Numbered from the stretch's first letter, positions 1 through 13,316 are shown. The stretch: DNA of 64,000 bases from Octopus vulgaris (GCA_951406725.2 OX597817.1:20460001-20524000), one strand, 5' to 3'. Numbers and translations are program-made. The notes: a model not told the origin generated them from the letters alone.

Positions 1-225
1 CTTAGTAATTTTATCTGGAACCTTATAGATAATAAAACGTCCTTTATTGAATGGAATAGCTATGCGACGGCTCAGGCTTATAATATTGGTTATAGGTTCT
101 TATCTCTTCGTTCTACGGAATAATTTTTGGTTTTATTTTCTAGCAGAAACCTGTTAAATTCTAAATTTGAAAGCGGTTCTTTTTTGTGTTCATAGGAATA
201 AATGCATGTTTGAAAATTTTAAATA
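1..225 (+). mobile_element. Penelope-like element, decayed C-terminal part of GIY-YIG endonuclease ORF
   Basis: Manual translation from base 1 gives LSNFIWNLIDNKTSFIEWNS..AQAYNIG, then NLLNSKFE and CVHRNKCMFENFK*. This matches the PLE C-terminal pattern LSxYIWxLKD...W...LLNxxxE...CxHxNK. Stops and frameshifts are present. Confidence 0.7.
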
Positions 226-639
226 AAAAGTCTATTATGGGTGTTTTATATTGTTCTATTTTTAATTAACTAGGGTTTTGATTAACCGGTTATTGAGAGT
301 CTTATAATCAATGTTTTACTCTTTGTAGTTATTTTTGAAATTGGTTCCTCTCTCATTCGCGTTTGATTTTGCTTTAGATTTTTGGTTTTCTAAGTTGCCA
401 TTCTGTTTTGCTTTGGGTTTTATTAGTGAATTCCTCCCTATGTTAATTTTGGATTTGGATATTTATTCTAGTTTAGCAAAACAATATAAGTATTCTTTAG
501 ATTATAAGTTCTAGATTTATTTCTTAATCCTATAATTTGAATAATTTACAGAGTAAAAGTTTTTAGAGGAACTTTATAACATTTTTTATGAAAGTTTTTA
601 ATAAATTTATTACATATCTACATAATTATTTACATATAT

Positions 640-1044
<405 letters not shown>

Positions 1045-1949
1045 ATTTATTTCTTAGTTTAGTTTAATTTGTATTTGTATATATTGTGTTTTATTTTAAT
1101 TAATAATATTTTCGAAAAAAATTGAATCTAATTTTAAATTTTAGGTATTTTTAGAGATTTAATGCAAGTTTATCTGATTATATGAGACGGAAGGAATTTT
1201 TACTTGCAATTATTTTAAATTCATATATTTATTTATTTATTTATTTAATTATTTATCTATAAGAAGCAAATCTACTCTGATTTACTTGTGGGCATCCATT
1301 TGTAAATAAATGAATTTCTTTTTATTTTCGATTGAAATCATATTATCATTAAATTGTAGTATTTATTATGTTTTTATTAAAACATATATTGGTTTAATTT
1401 TTTTAAAATTTTAATTAGGTAACTCTATTATTCTTAGTACTTACTATATTTTTGTTTCATTAAATTTATGTGTAGTTTAGATAGTAATGGCAATTGTCGT
1501 TATCAAATATCTATATAATGTGAATTGTTATTTTAATCAAGGCTGGGAGTTAGATTAATATTTTTTTTTCTGGTTTTGAATGATCAGGTGTTCGTGTAAT
1601 GTTCTTCCATCATGATTTAAGTGTTTCTTCCTGCCTGGGCGTTTGATCGAACCTATTCATTTCAATAATGGATTACTGAACAAAAGTCACATTCTGATTT
1701 CAAGAGTATTCTCTTTTCTAGTTTTGTTTTTGGAATTAGTTTGACTTGGAATCAAATTTTAGAATCTTCATTTGATTTGTATCAAATTTGGATTAAAAGA
1801 TCATCAACGCCTACATTTTGCCTTTCTTTATACGTTATTTAAAAGTGTATCTAAAGCCAGCTAGATGAGGTGTCTTCCTGGGGCTACAAACTACAGTAGC
1901 ATCCACTCTTAGGGGTTAGCCATATTTAAATGGCAAATGTACGTTATTA

Positions 1950-1998
<49 letters not shown>

Positions 1999-2070
1999 CT
2001 GGCTTTAGATACACTTTCTGTGCCCTATCAATATTTGCAAAGGGAAGCCATCCTTCCCGTCTTCAACTTA

Positions 2071-2127
2071 TGATACATACGGACTCGAGTTTCTGGGCAT
2101 TGACCCGTCATCGCGTGTGACAATCAC
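2071..2127 (-). ncRNA. Second copy of the same hammerhead (core U deleted, probably inactive)
   Basis: Reverse complement reads cacacg-CGATGA-cgggtcaatgccca-GAAACTCGAGTC-cgtatg. Stem III ACTCGAGT is palindromic. Confidence 0.65.
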
Positions 2128-2456
2128 AGTCGTCGATGAAAAGTAGGTTCCCTTCGCAAATACTTATCCATTTTCCAGAATCGTAAAGACACTGATATCG
2201 AAAAGGTGTAATCAAGCAATGATAAATCTTAGAGCGAGTTATAAACAGTAGCTGCAACACATCGAGACGTATATTTGCCATTTAAATATGGCTAACCCCT
2301 AAGGGTGGATGCTACTGTAGCCCGTGTTGCATCTACTGTTTATAACTCACTCTAAGATTTATTATTGCTTGATTACACCTTTTCGATAGCAGTGTCTCTA
2401 CGATACTGGAAAGGGGATAATTATTTGCGAAGGGAAGTTACTTTTCATCGACAACT

Positions 2457-2514
2457 GTGATTGTCACTCGCTGATGACGGGTCAATACTCAGAAACTAAA
2501 GTCCATGTGTATCA
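2457..2514 (+). ncRNA. Type I hammerhead ribozyme
   Basis: cactcg-CTGATGA(2471-2477)-cggg tcaata ctca-GAAAC(2492-2496)-taaa-GTC(2501-2503)-catgtg. Stem I extends through tgat/atca across an internal loop. Predicted cleavage is after C2503. This copy has mismatches in its stems. Confidence 0.8.
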
Positions 2515-2708
2515 TAAGTTGAAGACGGGAAGGATGGCTTCCCTTTGCAAATACTCATAGGGCACAAAAAGTGTGTCTAAAGCCAGCTGGAGGAGGTGTC
2601 CTCCTTGGCTACAAACTACAGTAGCACCCACCCTTAGGGGTTAGCCATATTTAAATGGCAAATATACGTCACGATGTGTTGCAGCTACTGTTTATAACTC
2701 GCTCTAAG

Positions 2709-2910
2709 ACTGCGGCCATGATAGTGCACCGCCTTTAATCGAACAAATCTATCCACGACTTATTTTTCGTACGCCTAGTACTTAACATGTCTGTGTCTTT
2801 TCCCGTACAGCTAAGTTACGGGGAGATAAACACACCAACGGCGGTTGTCAAGCGATGGTAGTTAGACAAACACAGACACATATACATACATGCGCGCGCA
2901 CACACACACA
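2709..2910 (-). mobile_element. tRNA-derived SINE, family A, 3' half
   Basis: Matches the tail of the copies at 27239 and 41619 (ggcggtgc..catggccgcagtc). Confidence 0.85.
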
Positions 2911-2919
2911 TAAGTATTT

Positions 2920-3435
2920 TACATGGAAAAATGTGGGCACGAAAAGTAATATTCTTATGATTATAAACCTGAAAACTTACAGAGCTACTTATTACACCTG
3001 TAAAATTATTGAGCAAGCTATTACTTCTAGAAAAGTAAAGAATAAGAAACATTTTACTTAAAATATTGCAGGAAAGAATGCCAGTTCTTCTACTTTATCA
3101 CACTTTACAGTTCTCGTGTTTTTGATTTATTGCACAAAACTGTTCAGCTAATTTGTATGTTTGTCTAATTAGTCACTTTTTGTGTATTCAAGGTAGTAAA
3201 TTAGCTAAATTCTACTTAAATAAGTATAGTGTTATTTGTAAACTATACTAAAATAAGTTTTATTATTCAAATTTTGATATTACCTGCTATATTTTAAATA
3301 AAAATTTTCTTATTCTTTACTTTACTAGAAGTAATAGCTTGTCCTATACTTTTACATGTGTAATACCTTGTCCTGTACGTTTCCATGTTTGTAATCTTAA
3401 GAATATTACTTTACATGCTCGCTTTTTTCAGTGTA
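2920..3435. mobile_element. Old MITE / fold-back element with ~150-bp imperfect TIRs
   Basis: 2920-3072 is the diverged reverse complement of 3282-3435 (e.g. caagctattacttctagaaaagtaaagaataagaaa vs tttcttattctttactttactagaagtaatagcttg). Confidence 0.75.
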
Positions 3436-4510
3436 ATCCGTGATATTTTCCAGCCATTGCTGTTATAAGTTAATTAATGTGTCAAATAATAATTTGATAT
3501 TTTACCTTATAAAATACTGAAAGATAATATTTCAGGTTTTACATGATGATAAAATTTCAATTTTGTTTCATGTTTAATTTAAATATATGTTGTGATTGTA
3601 TCATTTGATATTATCCATCCACACCAAATTAATGGCAGGGAGTTTTACCATGTTATGGATTGAAACATATCTCACCAAACTTTACAAACAACAAGATTCC
3701 AAAACCATCAGTTACCAGGCCACTTTACGTAGCCTAATTTTGCAATATTAGGAGCTCACAGGAACTCATTCAATTCAATAACAAAACATTCCAACGGCTC
3801 CCCTCGCGCATTCACCATTTTTTCCGAGCCAAAATAAGGGATTTGCAGCATATTATGAGATTAGGGTACTTTATTCCACGTAAAAAATAATTTTTTTTGT
3901 TTTTTCTTAGTGAAAATAGTGCAATAGATATTTACCAGAATGTTGTTGTTACTTAGACTCCGATCAACCCTGATACTGCACACCTATCATCAAAGACATT
4001 CCATCCTTCAGCAGACCATCTTTTTAGGGATAATCTAGGACATTTCGTTCAATGGGCATGTAACTTATCGCGGGAATATTTTGGCTGCTATTTTTAGCGA
4101 CCAGGTAGAGGCTCTTTCATTCGTTCGATTGCGTGATGAGATTTTTTGCACATATATGAATATGTATATATATCATCGGCAGAAGTTAGAGAGTAAGTCA
4201 AAAGCTGAGAGTTTCATTTATCAGCACTTATCAAACACGAATTTGTCCATTGTCACTCTGTAACTTCTGATGAAATAACTTCTAAAATACAAAATTTTAT
4301 CAAAAAAGTGAAGAGTAAACCCTGTTCTATCTGACACATTGTCATAGTATCTGAGGCTTCAAAGTGGTTCGTTAAAAAAAGTTATTAAATAATCTGTACG
4401 TCAAATTGAATAGATCCGAAATGAATAATATCAAAGTCGACCTCAGCAGAATATGAACGAAATGGTGGACTTAAGATTATATTCAACCACTTCCTTGGCT
4501 GAATAATATA

Positions 4511-4659
4511 TGAAGGTCTTCCTTCAGTTTCCGTCTGCCAAATCCACTCACAAGGCTGTGGTCGGCCCGATGATATAGTAGCGGTGCCAAACAGTGGAAC
4601 TGAAACAGGCACCATGTGGTTGGTAAACAAGCAACTTGCGACACAGTCACTCCTGCACT
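4511..4659 (-). mobile_element. SINE family A, 5' half
   Basis: tRNA-like head (gcaggagtgactgtg..gtttcagttccact) on the reverse strand. Confidence 0.8.
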
Positions 4660-4677
4660 TATATATATATGCATGCA

Positions 4678-4715
<38 letters not shown>

Positions 4716-4717
<2 letters not shown>

Positions 4718-4880
4718 TGCAGGAGTGGTGGCATTGTAAGAAGCTTTATCCTAACTACATATATTGAGGTTCATTCTAACTGTGTGGAATCTTAGACAAG
4801 TGTATACTCCTATAGCTTCGGGTCGACCAAAGCTTTGTCAGTCGATTTGGTAGGGGGTAGCTAAAAAGAAACCGTCGTAT
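4716..4880 (+). mobile_element. SINE family A, 5' half (diverged)
   Basis: ggtgcaggagtgg...ctatagcttcgggtcgaccaaagc...gatttggtag. Confidence 0.75.
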
Positions 4881-4910
4881 GCATGCATACATACACAAAC
4901 ACACACACAC

Positions 4911-5038
<128 letters not shown>

Positions 5039-5349
5039 CTGCGTGTGTATATGTTTGTAGGTATATATGTATATATCTATATCTATCTATCGGTATATAT
5101 ATATATGCATACAGATATGTGTATTATAAAACGCTGTTGAGATTAAAATTAATGTTAAACACATTGCAAGTGTGACGAACGAATCATAAAACCACAGAGA
5201 AAGAGAGAGAGAGAGAAGGATGTGCAAACAGATAGAAATTCACAGAATCCAAACGGCAAGACGGTCATAAAACTGTCCATATAAAACTTTGGCCAGACTG
5301 ATAATTATCGGGCTAGCAGAATGACAATTACATAATTGGTATGTCTCAG

Positions 5350-6198
5350 ATCTCATTAATAAGTATCCGTACTGTTGAAATAGTAACGAAGCTAAAGCAC
5401 GCTGAGGAAAGCCGCTTGGCAATGATTAACTCTGAAAGCTGTTGTGCATGCGTACTAAGTATTAATGCTGTAGTTCCCTTCTGCTTTTGACAACAGTACT
5501 TGGAAAGAGTGTTTGTAGCGCATGAGCTTCGCATTGAGCATGGCAAATAAAGTTGTCATGACTATATCGTGTATGGAGAGGAGTGTATGAGCCGCACACA
5601 TATATACGAGTGGTTCAAATGTTTCCATAATAGCTGAAAAAATGTTGATGTTGACACACGACCAGATAGACCCACAACCAGCAGTACTGAGGGCAATTTC
5701 GTAGGTGTATGTGTATATATGAGGGGAAATCGTCGAATCACCATCCGTGAGTTATTAGAGGATGTGCAAATTAATTACGGCTCAGTTCAGTCCACTGTCA
5801 CTGAAGATTTTGTTATAAATCGCGTGTCTACGAAGTTTTTTGCCAAACTGCTTTCAGCTGATATGAAAGGTACTCGGGTTTCAGTTGCACAAGATCTCGA
5901 TTATCGAGAACAATGAATAAGTTTGAAACCTTTGCGTAGTCATCTAAATATGTATCTTCAAGGTTTTGACAAGCATTTATGCAGTTTCTCTGCTCAACTT
6001 TTTCTGTCATGTTCAATGCGACGACCACCTGCTACATACCGTCATTTCAAGCACTACTGAAGTGATGTAGAGTGCTAAAAATTAGTGCGCATGCATAGCA
6101 GAGCTAAAGGTTACTCTTTGCCAAGTTGTTTCAACTCTGCTTGATTTAGCTTCTGTGGCATGGCAACAATCCGGACACTTATTGATCAGACCACCTAT
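5350..6198. mobile_element. Internally deleted mariner element with 5' sequence in both orientations
   Basis: The + strand gives the HTH region EWFKCFH...RPDRPTTS...NRRITIRELLEDVQINYGSVQS. The - strand gives the N-terminus MTEKVEQRNCINACQNL. TIR-like aataagtatccgtactgttg (~5358) pairs with caatccggacacttattgatcagacc (~6167-6192). Confidence 0.75.
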
Positions 6199-6658
6199 AA
6201 CATAAAATGTGTATTTGCAATTAGATAACGCATGCATATAAATACAAATAAGTATAAGCATATACTCACATATACATAATCACACTATCACACAAAAGAA
6301 CACAGACACATACATAATCACACACAGACACGCACCCACACATCACACACACACATAAACACAATTGACTGTACCCAAGGTATTCCTTCAAATTTACTAC
6401 TACCTACCTACCTACATACCTACCTACCTACCTAACTGCCTACCCACCAGGCATTCACAAAGACTGTCTGAAATCTATGGAAATATTGACTTATTCAAAG
6501 ACTATGAAATATCTACAAGACGTTTCACTTAAATTTGTCCTCCAATTAAATTGCTTATTTTACTCTTAGTTGAAAAAGTCTAAAAGGCGGAAACCGGTAC
6601 TAAAATGTAGTTTATGAGGAACTTATTTTAGCATTTTCTACCTTGTCTTTATATTCTT

Positions 6659-6731
<73 letters not shown>

Positions 6732-8914
6732 TCAATCACACTAAACTATATAACGTATTATTAATACTTGAAAATATACTATGGAAACAATCATGAAGTG
6801 ATTCTAGGCTGTGAGATTCAAGCCCGAAGAGAATCAACTGTATTATTAGATGCTTGTGAAAATAACTGCCGAATATAGGTCGCTTGTATACCAAATTCTA
6901 TCACAGGAAATATTTGAAAATCTCTTAACCGATTTACAAGCCCGCTCAGACAGGAGCAGCTTTCCTCAGTTATTCAATAAGGACGTACACAATGTAGCAT
7001 AAACTATGTTTGCTTAATTCCTGAAGTGACCAGCAATCCTTCGAGGTTTCCATAATAGTCTCCAGCAAATTTGCAGCATTTGAATTGATACTCTTCGTCG
7101 GATACGAGTTTCTTATAACTAGGTGGCCATATTCACATAAAAGGGAAACACATTCCGAATAGAAATGAAAGCGTTTAGGCTTCTTATTAGCGGATCTGTT
7201 CAATTGTTTTAGAAATAAATTACGACCGACAAAGATTGTATACATTCAAAATATATAGATGATATTTTCCAGTATCATAATGATAAAAAAATGGAACCAT
7301 AAAGCAAATAAGAGTTAACAATTAAGGTGAAGGATAAAAGATTTAGTGATATAAGTGGAAGTATTTCATTTCCATATGATAATGGAGAATATAATTTATT
7401 TTCAAGATGAATAAAAGTCATAATTTTAACAAAGTACTTCACTAGATGCCTGATGCACAAAAGTAAACATGCTGACATGAAAATTTTGTTCTGCACATAT
7501 GTAGGACTACTTTTCATATTTGATATCAGATGATGCAATAAGTAGATTTTCAAGATAATCACACTAAAATATATTGCCACTTAATGTTATGATATTTTTA
7601 TAAATCTCATCAAGAAGTTTTCTAATATATCTGAGTATTTGTATAGGCTGTATATATGAATGGCAATTCCAAATGCATTCATGAGTATATATCTATTAAC
7701 ACTAACGTACTTTTCTTTGTAAATTTTGTAGATTTATCCAATTGTTGGTGGGTTACGAAGAAAATATCGTCATAAAGTGTTATTCGAGTTGAAGTTTAAG
7801 ATTTAATAATGTTACTTGCTAACTTAGTATTTAACTTGGTATTGAAATAGATTTATCTGCATTTCCATATTCCATTCAAGTGTCTCTGAATTTAAGTGAT
7901 GTTGTTTGCGTCCACAGATTTGGTGGGCTTTGGCAAAAGAAAATAAACCCAAATAACCCAACAGCGTAAAAATGCTAATATGTTATACTAAAAAAAAATT
8001 ACTGTAAAAATAACAAAGAAACCGAAGTATGAGATTTAAAAATAAAGATGACGGATTAAAACGAGAAATCTACGTGAAAAAAACTAGCGAGATGTATTTA
8101 AAAATATAAAGTGAGAAATACTTGATATGAAAAAAAATGTCTTTACATAAAAAATGTAGATGCGGAGGGGATAGTGGATGGCTTGAGATAAAACTGAAGA
8201 AGCAGAAAAAAATGAATATAGTGCAAACCTTTCAATGAAATGCTAAATGTAATCATATAACATACATTGCAGAGAAGGAGAAACTGTAATTGAAATTATG
8301 AAAGACAAGCAGGAAACTAAGTAAATACAATGAGAAAAACAACAAGATTTCTATCGATTGAAAAACGAAAACGGTGAACATAAATGAAATAAGCAGTAAA
8401 ATATATAACCCTATTAAAACAAAAATGTCAAGAAACGAAATTTAAAGGGTCAAAGAAGAAGAAAAGGGTATATATATATATATATATATATATAGAAGAG
8501 ACACGGAGAAAACAACCATGCTAATTTAAAATGCAATACAGAATGTGTTATTAATCTTGAATTGCTTACGATGTTGGTAGGAAATCTATTATATGACAAT
8601 TCAAACAAAAACGTTCTTCATAGAATATATACCTGAAATGTATACCTGAAATCTGATTTGTCAGTTGTATTCAAATATTTATGTATTAGCACAAGTATTG
8701 GCGAATGACGCAGAAATCTTTAAACGTATGTTGCTAAAAGTGAATCGTCAATTTGAATCTGACTCTTTAGAAAAAATGTCAAACACACACGCACAAACAA
8801 CACATATACATACACATACACATACATATATGCATGCCTGTATGTCTGCATGTATGTATGTACGTACCTACGTACATATGTATATATGTACGCATGCATA
8901 CATGCATATGTGTA

Positions 8915-9790
8915 CGAGGGGGAAACCAAAAGAAACTTCAATTTTGCAAAGTTATTTTATCACTTAGTTTTACATATTTAAACACTTATCGCCTTCAAAG
9001 TCTTCTCAATTTGAAGCAATGCATTGGTCTAGACGCGTTATGCACCGTTCGAAGCAGCGCTGGAACTCTTGCAAAGTGATGCCTTTTAGCGCCTCCATCG
9101 TTCTTTTTTTTTCTTCACCACTTCTACATTTGCAAATTCCGTAGCAGCAGCTTTCATCACCAGTTCTGACACTCGAAAATATGTCCGAATTATCTTCCCA
9201 CTGTTTATCTTTCGTGATCTTCACTGATCTTCCCATTGTTGATCTTCCGTGAACAAGCGACTTTTTTACTGCAACTTTTATCATTCGCAATTCCTCGCTC
9301 AAACTTGGTTGGCAGGAGTTCCAGGAGAGACCAGTCATATCAATAAGTTCGTCAATTGTTCAGTGACGTCTCTCCAAGATCAGTTCATGACTTTTCATAA
9401 CGTTTTCATTCGTTTGGGAGCTCGAAGATCATCCTGAAGGTTAGTCTTCAAGCGACAAGTGGCCATTCCTAAAGCGTAGTAATCACTCGCAAACTTGTGT
9501 TTGCTCATGTTAGCGTCTTTGTAATCTATTAGACGCACGGCAACTGTTTCGGCTACCGTTTCCACAGCAGAAATCAGAATTTCACGGAAGCATGATGTTC
9601 CTTCGTCTCAACCATTGCAGAAATCGACGAACATGAAGGAGGACTGTAAAACAAAGACGCACCACGTGGCAGTACAACGGCATCTGAAGACGCCGATCGG
9701 CAACCTGATGTCTAAGGTTGCATAAAGTGGTTTCTAGCGGTGGAAGCAAATATCCTAAACTCAACACAACACTTGAGAATGTTCTTGGAA
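8915..9790 (-). mobile_element. Decayed mariner transposon
   Basis: TA|cgagggg TIR start at 8913-8921. Minus-strand peptides TGDESCCYG and FQRCFERCITRLDQCIASN. Right boundary approximate. Confidence 0.8.
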
Positions 9791-10646
9791 AACAATAGCG
9801 ACCCCGAGCAGCTATTTATCTGCAAGCAGTTAAGTCTATTTCTAAATGTTCCCGTAAAAAATACTCAAAAAAAGAGTATGTTTAGCAGTAATCCTGCTCA
9901 TCAAGCTTGATCTGCATCTAGATAACCAAAGGACACAACAAACATTTTCCCTGTCACCTTCACTATGGCTGCACTATTCACTCTTTGTACTTTATGACTG
10001 AACGATACAGTGCACAATGTGTAAGAAATGTATCCGAAATATTATGAAATCTGTCATGCAAAGATAATCGCTATATGGAACTTAGCGATCAAAAAAAAAG
10101 GTGAACGAATTAAGAGCTTGAGATGAAATCGCTGAAAGTATGCATAGGAATAAATTTGAAAAGTAACAAAACAAAAGAAAAAGCAATTCGGCTTAGTGCC
10201 AGGTTTTTAAAAAAACGTTTAAATTTTTTCAGTATAATAGTATGTTGAATTATTAAAACATTCCTCTTACTGTACAATCTTTTTACGGAAGAATTACAAA
10301 AATATTTAAGTTGAATAAGAATTTGTATGATTTAAGCGATCTTATCCATTCGCACTTTCTGAGACATATGTGTATATAATGAATGACTACAGATAAAATT
10401 TAAAGCTATTCATATTTAGATAAACTGACATTAACTCCTGTTAAATGCATAATGCAGATATTTTTTGTTCGTTTTCCAGCAATATCATCCTGAATACTCA
10501 TGTCAAAATCAGCAGACACATAAAGTGTAACTATTCTCTTCAAAATATATACTAGTATAGAATGTAATGCAGCTTAAAATATATGATCGATGCATATATA
10601 TAGAGAGATATACATATCTATCTATCTATTTACATATGTATATATG

Positions 10647-10716
<70 letters not shown>

Positions 10717-10970
10717 TATGAATGTATGTATGTATATATGTATATATATACTTAAATAAATATATATTTTCAAAAACGGTCGCATGGAATTGTACATCCG
10801 TATACTGTAAATCATGGGAAAGATAATAAAATTATAAATTTTAAGACGTTAATATGAAAATGAATGCACACCTGAGTGGTCTGGTTAGCATGTATATTGT
10901 GTGTCTGAACGAATAGTTAAGATGTACGTGAAACAAAAATCAAGGAAAACAGAGATTGCGTATGTATGTT

Positions 10971-11007
<37 letters not shown>

Positions 11008-12809
11008 CACGGACGGTCATGTATATACTTACGAACATATACACTGAAATATTGCACACACGCACACATTTGTATCATCATAATTGCGTATGTTTCATTT
11101 ATATTTTTATTTATGCAGCAGATTTTCTGAGAAACAATCTCTTCAGATATTGCTATATGTTAATGCTATGAAATACTTTTCTACTTACCTCTGCAGAATA
11201 ATAAGTGGAATTCTTGTCCCAATAGCCTTTTAACAGATTCTGCTGATGTCACTTGGAATAAATAGTGGAAGAAAAACAAAAAAAATATCTATTCTTGTTT
11301 TAGGAGATATGAATGAAACCCAAATATACCGTGTTCAATAAACATACTGCAGAACGATATTGGAAATGAATATTTCACTGACAGACTAATGATATTCTTA
11401 AAATGATTTTCTTAAAATTCTTTTCAATACAGGAGACTAATCTGGTAATATTTAATGATGTAGTAAATCCTTAGTAATTTTTAAGAAGAGCTTTTGTTAT
11501 TAATAGCTGATTTTAAATATATTTTGAGATATGTGTTCATCACAGAATTAGACAGCGTGTATCTAAAAGGCAATGGAAGCAATAAAAGCATTAGGAACTA
11601 TTACATCAATATACACCTGCTTCACCTTTGTTGGAACTGTACTTTTGGTGGCGTTTGACATTTAATTGATGAATAATTTTTCAAATATATATTTCGTTTT
11701 CTTTATGATACAAATAGGTTTTCTTTTACAATGAACATGTTAATATGTCTGGGCATTGTACAACGTGGAAGAGTATGCCAATTTTCATCTTGGCTTCAAT
11801 GGCTGTATAGAGATTGGTAAGGTAGTCTCCAGCGGAAACAGTAAAATGTTCAAAGAAATCCACAAGCTTTATTCGAATTGTTTTTGTGCATTACCATTTC
11901 TAGCAAGGCGACAATTACCAAGAGAAATACAAATTGTTTTGCAAACAACAAAAACTACCAAGATGTTACGTTTCTGAGTTCTCCATTAAAAGAAACTAAT
12001 TATTATATTTTAGACTAATGAAAAGATTTTGGTTGTGAAAAAATCCTAAAAATATTGGTTCAACGATTTTTTTTCCCTTGCGGTATATTCCTCTAAGGAA
12101 ATGAAGAGGAAACTCAATCAGAGCTACTTTAGAGATACTACATTTGGTAGTGATATATAAATTGTCATACAGTGCTTATTTTGTAAATGAATAATATACA
12201 TACATGCACACAACATATGTAGACAGACACAAAAACGTACGCACATGCACAAACACACATCCACACACCCACATAAGCGTATAGGCACGTATGCATAAGT
12301 GTATGAGCTTGTATAGAAATATATGCAGAAATTATTTGTTGACTCCGAAGAAAGGGACAAACCCTTACAACCCATCCAATGATGGGCGGATGATATTAAT
12401 TTTCTATTTTAATTATGGTGCATAAACATTTACAAGAAAGCAGAATGCAAGAAAGGAAATTCAGGAATCTATGATATATGGTGGTGTGCATCGGAGAATG
12501 GCTTTCCAAATTAAGAAGCATGAGTTTTATTCAGTTATCGATCTTGTAGCTCGTTACATTTAAGGTTTGTGCCGTTTTAATAAAGGCTGTGAACTGAAAT
12601 AAATGCTACAAGTATGGCGTAAAATCTGCTTTGGCACGCCATCCGAGCTATACTATGTAAGTAATTATTCAACAAGAATGCCCAACGAGAGCAAGGACCA
12701 TATTTTCTGGACACTAGCTGATGAGCGCTTCTTAATATGAGTAGTAATATATTTATATCGCTCTTTAAAAACATGTTTAGAGGCCCACAATGAAGAATAC
12801 TCTGAATAT

Positions 12810-12846
<37 letters not shown>

Positions 12847-12904
12847 CAAGTCTGTGTCTAAGTGTTTACACACATATACATATACACATACATACATATG
12901 TACG

Positions 12905-13185
12905 TAATTTATTTGTGTATCAAGGCTTCTGTTTTTTCCGATAACATACTTAATGTACGCTTTCCTTGGTGGTATAGGAATATTCTTTTTGATGATATTA
13001 TTTAGTGTTTTTCCATGGTCTGTTTTGATTCTCTCTTCGTGTTTAGTACTTAACCGGTGCTTCAGAACGACGGAACTATTAAAATATAAATGTTGAACAA
13101 TTCAAGAGTATTCCTAAACCACGGAAGAAAGTGTACATCAAGCATCTTATCGATAAAGTAGGAGCCTTAATACACAAATAAATAA
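12905..13185. repeat. Degenerate inverted repeat between (TA)n tracts, likely PLE pseudo-LTR pair
   Basis: atttgtgtatcaaggcttc...ggtataggaatattctt (12911-12987) vs aagagtattcctaaacc...ggagccttaatacacaaat (13104-13179). Confidence 0.6.
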
Positions 13186-13246
13186 TCTTTATCCACCAAT
13201 ACGGTGTTGAGTATTCATATACTTCAACATTTAGCACACACGCATA

Positions 13247-13316
<70 letters not shown>

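Larger units (their letters stand above)
1841..2709. mobile_element. Cluster of three circularly permuted copies of a ~352-bp hammerhead-containing non-coding unit (retrozyme-like)
   Basis: Copies at 1841-1944 (+), 1996-2323 (-) and 2324-2709 (+). The last repeats its own first ~34 nt after 352 bp (gtgttgc at 2324 and 2676; tctaaga at 2351 and 2703). Confidence 0.8.

Noticed and set aside
6780-7250. Higher-complexity stretch with a 91-aa ORF
   Set aside because: No recognisable domain or splice structure. Probably a decayed LINE piece, but it cannot be assigned.
11750-12810. Possible Tc1-like transposase relic (also ~23000-23650, 28570-28760, 30000-30380, 33060-33370, 58200-58700, 63580-63940)
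   Set aside because: Only faint motif remnants. Boundaries and family cannot be supported by eye.
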